DNA of 59,153 bases from Phoronis australis (taxonomy: Eukaryota; Animalia; Phoronida). The stretch lies in contig NMRA01000561.1 in assembly GCA_002633005.1 (NCBI GenBank), positions 1-59,153 of the forward strand, in the 5' to 3' direction. Below are positions 49,431-59,153 of the stretch, piece by piece. The position numbers and the translations under genes were made by a program. Each line of letters begins with the position of its first letter. Within the stretch, counting starts at the first letter, position 1. A model generated the notes under the pieces. That model worked only from the letters and a program-made list of their open reading frames with translations, searched no databases and was not told where the DNA came from.

Positions 49431-52115
49431 ATTGTGAATGAATCATTAAATTAAGCTGAAATTACCCCTTCACACATAGTTTATCCCATCATGCTTCACG
49501 TTGATCGTCTGGCTATCACTGTAGCATGACTCAATATCTTAAAGACAACCTAAAGACGGTTGTTTCTGATAAGATAGGTCTTCCGACTAAATATCTGAAA
49601 TGTTGATGGGAGAACGTCGGTAGCGCTTCGTACGAAATTAGTCATTTTCCACCTTAGGCAACATGAATCCACTCTTGAATGTGACTCATATAGTTCAGAT
49701 ACAACCTTGACTAAAGGGAAAGAACTTAAGATGTCCGGCATTAACTTCCTATCATAACTGGTCCCTCTGCTGCATCTTCTAACATTTCAAACACACTTCT
49801 TTAACTACGCATTGAAACTACATAAAGTAGGCCAAGTTTCATTTCATTTAATAACAGCAACAAAGTCGTGTACCTCTTAGATACGCGGCGTGTAATCGTT
49901 TACAGAAATTTTTAATCTAGCTAAAAGTATTTGTCATTATTAATTATGATCAATTGTCGTCGACAAGTGAATTTAAAACCTGAGCCACTTTCAGTGACTT
50001 AAAAACCAAATGTAAAAGACGACCTGACTCTAGTCTCATTATTTGATTTTAACTTAGATATGATTTGAATAAAAAAGATCAAAGAAATTTGGACCTTCAT
50101 ATCTATTTATAATGGAAATTTAAACAAGGATGGGTAATGACCAAACGTCTGAATACATTAACACAGTTTTACAGCAGCTGAAAGCGAGTTTTAATCACTG
50201 CGCTAGGCGAAGGACAATTGCTGTTAATCGCTGCTGAACTTTATGTTCGTTCGTGGTAATTGGGAATCGCTGATATTTTTCTTCATGTAAAAGCTCAAAT
50301 TAGGTTGTTTATGCATATCACAACACCTTCGTTACATTCGCTATAGGAAGTGTTCCAATTTTATTGCAGTTTTTATTGCAGTTTGATTATAACGTCCTTC
50401 CCTAAAAACTAACTAAACGTTATAAATTATAGCGAACGTGGTCGTTACTCACATTAGAGTTGATTCCAGAGCTTTAAGAAGTCGACAGTTGGTTACAGAC
50501 TCATACTGGTGTTTACAAATTGTTTACAGACTCATGCTGGTGTTGACAAGTTGTCTTATCACGCCAGGTCCTTTTATATACACAATAAAAGTTTCAAGCA
50601 GTGACTATCTGTCAATTCTTTTTAGACCTAAACTTCATGTAAGTAAGGAACAAGTTGAGACAAGTTCTAATGCAGTAAATTATCTAAATATAAATAGCTT
50701 TCCTAACGGATGGCGGATTTTACGATCGCTTTAAAATGGAAGCAGTTACTTAAACAGGATACAAACAATTATTCCGTCAAAGAAACGAACACTTGATTTT
50801 GACCACCTATCGCTTTGACGAGCTCCTAATTCAATAACAAGGAAAAAGAAGGTAAACAATGGATAGTCTACGCCAATCTACCGAACTGTGTGCGACCAGC
50901 TTGCGACCTAGTTTTCCGTGGGAAGTGATTTGTTGATTTGCCAAGAATTGACAGCTTATTATTCCTCGAAATCTAACACTCAACGCATAAAACGATAACT
51001 TGTAAAGCCAGGTCTCAAGCAATAATAAACGGTAAGTTTTATAGACGTCCAGACATCGTCTCCAACTTGACTGAACAATAAATTTGAGACCAATATCACA
51101 AAAACAAGTGGTATGAATCAAAAGTTGTTTTTGTAACTGAAGGCGGTCTTATAAGCGCTTTGAGACTGAAGAAAATGGATTTATTCCGAAACACAGGTTG
51201 ACCAAATTCGCAATCTATTGAAAACAGAACTTCAAAATTGATAGTTACGTGATTACGAGACGCGAGCTTTATATCATCGGAATAGACAACTTTTTCGGTT
51301 TTCCAATAAAAACGCCCCGATTAATGAACTTTCTTAGTGACCACGATAATATATGCTATGTCAGATTGCATTACTTTCGTGCCTACAACCAGTCTTTGCA
51401 GGAACACTAATTTGTAATGCCATGACTCTTGTCATTAGGCGACATAGTAACCGGGCTGTCAGTATGCACAAAAATAGAAAGCTGATTATATTTCTGAGAC
51501 CTTATCAGCTCCTGAAGTAAACGTTTCGCCCAACGTTCGTCACAATTACTACAGAATTGTTACCAGTTCATTTAGGTTTGTAATGAAATCCATCTTTTGA
51601 AGCCGAAGTCTAAATCAATAGCTCTTATCGTGGACGGAACACGCATCACTAGCTCATATCATGGACGGAACACGCATTAACAGGCGCTTTAATTAAAAAA
51701 TTTCCTGAAACACGTGACCGAATTTAATCAAACGTCTGTGTCAGACGATTCATAGTTCATGTAACGGATGCAGTAGGATGCTTCCTGTTTCCAAACGCTC
51801 TATATTGCAAAACACTTTAATTCAGCCCTCAGATATTCTTTTTAAATATATCAGTTGAACGGTTGTCTGATGTAATAGCCGATGGCACCACCGCTTAATT
51901 AAAGAATAGTCTTATTCTCTCCAAATTAGTCACTTACCCACCCTCATCTGTTTACGTAAGGCAAGCCTTTAACTCTAACACTTCCCGCGTTGTCTAATGC
52001 AGGTATCGCGTATTACATTGTGATTTGTGAGATCTGGCGAGATCTCATTTTGCATCCGAGACATCATACTCCATTCAGAGCACTGGATGACTTATTAACT
52101 AAAAATTTTTACTAT

Positions 52116-53070
52116 TAAAGAGACATGGAACGCGAATACTCGTCAAACATATTTTTAAACAATTCCTGACGAACGTACCATCTCGCAACGTCTACTACTG
52201 AGTTATTCACTTCCCTTGTGAAAGAATTTCCAGAAAAAAGTCATGGAATTCACGATTTTTGAAATACGCGACAAGGAAAAACCATGTAGTCACCACAGAA
52301 TTTCTAATTTCCTTTACACTTCCCACGCATGCGCTCACTCATTCGACAAACATCTGACTGGCGAGATGGATATTTTAAACGGCAGATTATTATGTGTGGC
52401 CGTATTCCGAAACTGAGGTCGACAGCACAGTATGAGGCAAGCCAGTGAAGCAAGCGATTTCCCAGAAAGAATTCCAAGAGCATTTTAGAAAATATTTGAA
52501 TACTACGATACATTTATAATTAATCTTTAACACTTGGGACTTATATCAATTGATTCTAAATCGGACTGGCTGCTTCTTGAAGCCATCATTATTTTGTATA
52601 CATCAAAGTTCAAAAATCACTATAAAAGAAATGTGCTACGTCTATGTCTTGCCGTGCTTTGGCTTGTGGGAGAAATTTGAACGAAGAGACGGGGAGTTGA
52701 CGAATCGTTTGCTTGAAATTCGAAACTAAATGAAAAATGCTTCAGCATCAACAGCAATCCAATTTTGTAACGAACGAACCGTAAAAATACTTGGTGAACA
52801 AGTTGAATTCTGCCGGGAGGATTCCTAGAGTGGGTGCGTTGTGCATCGACAAAATGTATCGGAAAATTTTTGTCTTTGAAATTCACATAAGTACTGAATT
52901 TCCAAATGTTTGGGACTCGAAAGTCGACGACTAGTCTTTATTAGCCTAGTGAACATCTGGTGAACGAAGTCATTTGATCAAATTCTTGACCAAGATACGA
53001 TGTATCTGATTTCTATGAATATTTCAAGGCTTGTGTTGGCTTACAAAATAAATGATATGACGTCAGTGAC
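52116..53070 (+). mobile_element. Dispersed repeat (copy B, uninterrupted)
   Basis: TTAAAGAGACATGGAACGCGAA... is homologous to 46332 onward and lacks the 46652-47444 insertion. Confidence 0.7.
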
Positions 53071-53626
53071 TAGATGACACCCATGGAACGAAAGTCATGT
53101 CCACCAGCTTTAAAAATGTCGAAAACCTTGATAGTTTCTACACACTTTAAAATTTACGACTTGCTGGATGACCAACGAAATTCGACTTCAAAGTGACATT
53201 ATCGGCTATAAAATTGTCAGAGCAGTGCTACGTAGCATCAAGGTCACAAGCTCAGCTGTGGCAGCACAACGCTTTGCTAGTGGAACCAGGATAGGATCCA
53301 GAATTTTGAGTTAAGGGGGCCAGAGCAGAGTAGCAGCCAGGAACTAGATTTTCCCACACAAAAAATTGCGCCCCCCGAATTGCCGAAAGGGAAGAGATGG
53401 GGAGGTGAATTTACCCTTCCCGTCTAGGAAAAGTTTTGATTTAGTGTCTCACATTTTCCTTGATTTCTGAAGAATAATCAGCCCTCGACGATACTTCAAG
53501 CGCCAGGGCGCTCTTTGCCTTGAGCGCCACAAAAGTCCACTGCCCTTCAAGGTGAGCTGGAATCTTAATCCAAAGTCAATTTTTCAACTTTCTAATTTAC
53601 CGACAAAAACGTCTATAATCCGGCAA

Positions 53627-53727
53627 TAGTCTGATATAACGTGCCCGTATTTTGAGAACCAGCTTGATGCCCGTTATTTTAATGGAGAAAACTGGTTCTC
53701 AAAATTCGGGCAGGAAAAACCAGACTA
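53627..53727. mobile_element. ~100-bp palindromic MITE with TAGTCTG...CAGACTA termini (Academ-like)
   Basis: TAGTCTG..TGCCCGTATTTTGAGAACCAG / CTGGTTCTCAAAATTCGGGCA..CAGACTA inverted arms. Confidence 0.6.
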
Positions 53728-54237
53728 TTACCCATAATCCTTCACTTGCACATGCCTTTCTGCCAAGTGCGTTTAAGAACGTCTCAGGTGAATAGGAACT
53801 CCGCTAGAAGTCGCGTCCCCAGGCGCTGACGCCAGTGAAGATGCAATATTAAACTTAATCCTAATCTTCTTACTTTGCAATAGTGCAAAAGCTGCGAAAT
53901 AATATTTGAATGTGTAAAATGTTTAGCTGCGCATGCGATGGTATACCGGATAACATTGAACGAAAAAACACGTTGGTGACAAAGTTTAAAACAGGCAATT
54001 TTCGAGTGATTAAACAGCACTTGTTTTATTTTGAAACCGTTTCGAAGGGGACAGTGAAATATAACTAGTCCGTCAATTTTTATCTATGCTCACATTACCG
54101 GAACTTTTGGATAGCACCTCGTATACAGATCTCGGTGACTTTTCACAATGCAAATGCTACACGCAGATCGACTGCACGACATAACAATCAAGTTGACAAG
54201 TCCCATCACGTCTTAATAAAAGCGTTCGCCTGGGCTG

Positions 54238-55900
54238 TCAAGTTGCTAACATAACTATGGGACCGTTATGGTCGACCTTAATGACCGTGTGTATGGAAAG
54301 GGGTGCCAAAGCATTAAATCTGACATCGACCATGGTGCTTCTGAAGGAGTTTAAACAAATCTCAATGTAGAATTTACTCGCTTTACGTTCGCAACCGTGA
54401 CGGATGTCAACAGTAGCAGAATCAACACCTTGATGATGTTTGGAAATTGCAATGGACATGGCCTTCGACCCGAGAGTGTAGTAGAGATGTCGTCGGGCTT
54501 GACGTGTGTGCAGCAAAGTGGCAGCAGACTGATGGTTATCGTTGTAACAGGAGAGTAATGATTCTTCTATTTCCCTCAGTTCATCAGCTTCTCGTCTCTT
54601 TTCGAAGGTTATACGGGATAAGACGGAGTCCCTGTACTGCTTTATTTGTCAGAACAGTAAACTGCATGCCAAGATGTTGTTGTAGACTATCTAAGAATGG
54701 AATGTATATGGCTTGCTTGAAGTATTCTTTGGCGTCTATTGCCGGAATGTTGTTTCTTAGTGTTTTTCTTCCCGCATCTCCTGGGTGGCTCAAGAGTCTT
54801 ATTTGCATTGGGTGCCATGCTACCATCTTGTAGCACACAGTATAATACTCTGCGTCATTTGTTCTCGTAAACAGAATTTCCACATGCTTGACCATTCGTA
54901 AGCGTTCTATGATGTCTAGAGTTGAGCCCTGTAGTTTCTTACTGAATGGCACTGTGAATCCAAAGTCATGGCTCCCTCAATAATTATAGAGCGCTTCTGG
55001 AGACTGCTGTAGTAGCCGTACTGCGCAAAATGAATGCTTGCCCGTCATGTTTCCGGCACCGTCCATCGTCTGCAATCTACAGCATGCAATGTCTAAGCCA
55101 AACCTTTGTCAAACACTGAATGATAGTCTCACAAAGTGCGTGTTTTGTGTAATCAATACGATTTCCTGTTGACACCAGTTACCTGCGTCTGTGACCTCGT
55201 CGCACTGAATCCCGTAATAGGGCCCGAAATGCTTACTCGTCACTTCCTGGATTACTTCCTTCTACACGTATTCTTTTATGCATCCAAGAACGTCGTTTTG
55301 AGTAGTCTTGCTTGTGTAGCACGCATGCTTTGGACACGTTTTCAAGTGCTCGGCAAAAATACTACATCACCTGCTTCTATTCTCAATCTACGAAAGCCTT
55401 GAAATTATTTTTTATTTGCATTTTCGTAGGAGTCATCATCACTGTGGGCCCCTCAGTGCGTCTGCCACTATACACTTAATCAACGAGACAAGAGCTTCGC
55501 CATTTCTCTGACTGCATACGTTCTGATAATCAACTATCTTTGAATCTGTTCTAGCAGGAACGTTCGGATAAGAGAGTAGAAAGGTTTCCTGTTTAGTCAT
55601 AGAATTAAGGTGGTATTCTTAAGTCGCATGTTGTTTTAGATCGTGTAAGGCGTCCTTCCAGTTCTGATAAGGCTCTAAAATTAGTTTCTTGGGGCCACAA
55701 TGTGAACTGTCTGAACCATCAACTTCTTGTGAGTATGCTACAAACGTAAACTTCTACAGCCATGCTCTATTGCAACTTTTTTTCTGCAACCAGACTTTTG
55801 GCCCTTGTAGTTGTCTTTTGTGGAAGTTTGTAAGATGACCACAGCTCTCTGCTTTTGATTACATTAAATTTGGTCTCGTCGTCAATGGATGTACAGTTGA
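54238..55900 (-). pseudogene. hAT-superfamily transposase relic (ZMYM1/THAP12-like lineage)
   Basis: 'LQTMDGAGNMTGK' (catalytic region, ~55040-55080), 'RNNIPAIDAKEYFKQAIYIPFLDSL', and hATC dimerisation remnant 'CERK...FRSTMVDVRFNALAPLSIH'; also N-terminal 'YQNWKDALHDLKQH'. Heavily disrupted. Confidence 0.8.
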
Positions 55901-58398
55901 CGTAACCTCTAATGTCGTAAATATGTGTTTTAGGGGACATTTCTGTTTCATCGCACTGTGTACCGCATTCGGGATCGTTATCAGAATCATTCCGATCACC
56001 TAACTAACCGTCCACCTGACTTTTGACTGTGCTATATCGCCTTCCTCGGCATGATTTTCTTTTGAGAGGCTTTGTACTTCAAAAGTAAATTACGTCCAAG
56101 TTAACTAATACGCAATGTGGTGCGCACTGTAATATGTTTTTACCAGGGATATAGCTGCCGTTGACGCACTGACTGAGGTGATTCATTTTCAAAAACTGAC
56201 TGAAAATCACAGGCAGGGATCCGCTTTATTGAAGGTAGTAAGTCCGGTCGTATCCAAGACGGTCGTATGTCAGATTTGGCAATCAGTCCATCATTTTTTT
56301 AAGAAGATTGACGTTGATTCTGAATAATGGAGCGACTATAGAAAACAGTACTTTTTGCTAATATCAACTGTTCTCATTTCTGCCTCATACGGACACAGGA
56401 CGTAATTTTGCCGCGAAAACAATGCTGTGAATAGAGACAAAATGCACCAGTTGACCACAACCGTAGTGCGCCAATTAAAAATTTACAGCGCCAATGGCGT
56501 AGTGCGCGGTCCAAAAACGAACCGGCATGGAAACAGTGTGTACAAATCGTTGAGGAATTATCGGTGATTCGAGAATTTTGCGTGGTCCCTTTTGCGTCGC
56601 ACACGGCAGTGTAAGACTTTGCAACGCCAACTTATACAAGGTCTCGAGCTTGCGAGAGTTTTTACTTTAATGCAAACAAAAAATGTACGAGTATTGCCTC
56701 AGAGCAACCTAATAGTAGAGGTGACCTTTAACTTCATCTGGCAATTTCGGTTGTGCGTGTCAAACAGGTCGACAGTGAAAAGTTGTCACTGTTGACAAGA
56801 CCCTCAGCTGGTCCAGTCATATTAGTGGGAATGCGTCAAATATAAATTAGCGTCTTGATCTCCCCGGCGTATACCACGATTTCTTCCTACAGAAGGGCGT
56901 TTCAAAAATTTCAGCGACTGTGTATTTCCTCTCTTCATTTATTGTAGTACTGTGTGGTCAGGATGCAATGCAAAATTGGTTTCTTGTTTATTAAACGCTT
57001 ACAAGCTGGCGGCCACTTATTCTCGGTGTGCCTTTTGACACTCCATCAACAGAATGGGATGACTGCCCGTTGACAAATATTTTATATACAGGCGTTTGTG
57101 TATGATGCATAAGTGTTTTCACAACAGTGCACCAACTTATTTATCTCGTAACTTACTCGATCAAAACGGCAACCAAATCTGAACCAGATTTTCTTCCTAA
57201 AACAATTTTGTTGACCCCAGACACAGAATTCGTTATACTCTAAATCATTTTTTATTCAAGCCATTCGACAATAAAACGATTTACCAAAATAGCCTAAAGG
57301 AGACTGATGTTTATCATGACGTCAGACACAAACGCATCAGTTACTTGTGGCTGTGGTCATCAGAGCTGGCCCTGCCTTCTTTTTCAGTCATTTCATTGTA
57401 TATACCATATAAACGTTTTATTTATTTTTAATTCAATTTGTAAATTTAATTTGTAAAATATTAATTTAATGTAACTTAATTCAATATATCTTAATTTATT
57501 GCTGTGAGAGGACCATGCTGTATTTTATGCTTTGGTGGCTAAAGCATGTTTCTTAAATATATTGTATTTTATTCTCTATAAATAAAGTTTATTATTATTA
57601 TTATTAAAATTATTATTATTGTTTGTTATTGTTATTATTAAAACATATGTTTTCGTTGATATCACGGTACCTTTTTATGCCTATCAAAAGGCTACGAAAC
57701 CCGGTTTTAGCCTATTAAGAGATATTGAAAACGACTTTCCTATCCAATTACCTGAAATAATATAATGCTCTGTATCCTTCAACAACCTTCAAAAGTTTGG
57801 AGGAAAAGTTGAAAACTTCTTTCAAAGTCTGCTAAACGTGTAAGCATCAGAACTGTAGAACATGAATTTTGAGTAATAACAAAATTGATAACAATTCCCG
57901 TTCAACAGGAATAGTCATGAACAGACGTTCTCGTCAGTCTCACCATATTACACAACAGGTTAGTTTAATCATGGACTATAGATTGGGTATCTATGCTTAA
58001 TTTAGGTGAACGTGGAACTTAAAGCTTCGCTTACCAACATGAAAGCTAATTAGCAGAAATGATTGTGATATTGGCTAATCACCGCGTCCAAGAAACAAGT
58101 AATTAGACGTGTAACTACAGAAGACGCCCAGACGCCCACAGGAAGATTCTTACATTTACACAACGAGGTTAACCTTAATGAGGGCACTCGTTTAACCAAT
58201 CGATACTGATGTATATTTACTAATTTCGAAAAATGTAACACAGATCTCTATCCAAAGTTTGCATTTGCACACAAATTTTCAATTATTCCAATGTTATTGG
58301 TTCATGGTGTTTTGACAAACTGTGGCGTACGTGTTAATCGTGTCTTCTACGAATTATAAGTTTGTCACGTTTTTCCCTATGTGTGGGTGGGCGCAGGT

Positions 58399-58918
58399 TG
58401 TTACAGACCGGCGCTAATAGCTTTCGGTGCGACGATAGACTGAAGACTGGTTCGAGTTAATCCTTTATTAATCCCGACCGTATGTTCACAAGCCTACTCA
58501 AACAAAACGTCCGACGTAATGTCTGTTCTATGCTCCAGCCAGTGCTGCGAAGCCTTGACTTGTGATGAACTTCTAAGACACGTTCAGCAACTGTTACACT
58601 CATCAATTCAATAAACTGCTGTCTCTATAGCTGGCTCTCTATTGACTATCGCCGTAACTGCTGATTCTCTTCACTGCAACTCAACTGCAATTCTCCTGAT
58701 TAACTTTCTTGAACTAACTTGATCTTCTCTTGAACTGACTTGATCTCTCGACTTGATCTGACTAACACAAACCCGTGCTAGTGTATTTATAGCCTAATGC
58801 ATTGTTCTGGAACTTTTCATCAATTCAAGCACATTCTAGAACTATCCTGAATCTACCCAACCATTCTACAAACATGTACTAGTCTCTAGAATATTCCAGA
58901 CTGCATTAATCACTGTCA
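58399..58918 (-). mobile_element. LTR-like dispersed repeat (copy 2)
   Basis: TG...CA bounded, with minus-strand TATAAA (~58785-90) and AATAAA (~58464-69). Homologous to 41190-41345. Confidence 0.5.
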
Positions 58919-59153
58919 TGATAGATAGTCCAGTCATTCTAGGGCTCCAGAGGGCCCAACCTAGAAAAAATTGCAACAGAAGGCTTTTTTGCATAAATGG
59001 CATCTTCAAACATCCCTTGGTGTCAGAAAAAAAATCTACCGAAATCGGAGTGGCGGAAGTCGGTTTTTCAAGATGGCGGACAAAATGGCCGACAAAACCG
59101 GTGATTACTGTTTTCTGGCATATTACTCTTATGTAACAGCTAAAAATAAAACA

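Noticed and set aside
51164-51192. Minimal hammerhead-ribozyme-like CTGANGA...GAAA motifs (also ~2225-2257 and ~11442-11471)
   Set aside because: Core boxes are present, but I could not build convincing stems I and III by eye. A covariance-model search would be needed.

Overview
AT-rich (roughly 35-38% GC by eye), intron-containing eukaryotic DNA, most likely from a marine invertebrate; the species cannot be fixed from sequence alone. The only intact host genes I can support are two secreted 11-cysteine cystine-knot hormone subunits in tandem on the + strand. One is a bursicon-beta-like gene (coding exons 30275-30526 and 31551-31700; 133 aa). The other is a bursicon-alpha-like gene (predicted ATG micro-exon 45759-45793 joined to 48950-49430; 171 aa). 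Much of the rest is decayed mobile DNA. This includes a MULE/Mutator-like transposase relic with SWIM, C2H2 and PHD fingers (~6-10.8 kb) and an AcademH-type element with a convergent transposase and RecQ-like helicase (~16-29 kb). That element contains a Kolobok-like TTAA element, which in turn contains a 5'-truncated LINE. There are also Harbinger and hAT transposase relics, several MITEs, LTR-like repeats and mini/microsatellites. No rRNA, tRNA or CRISPR array was found. All family assignments come from motif recognition by eye, not database searches.
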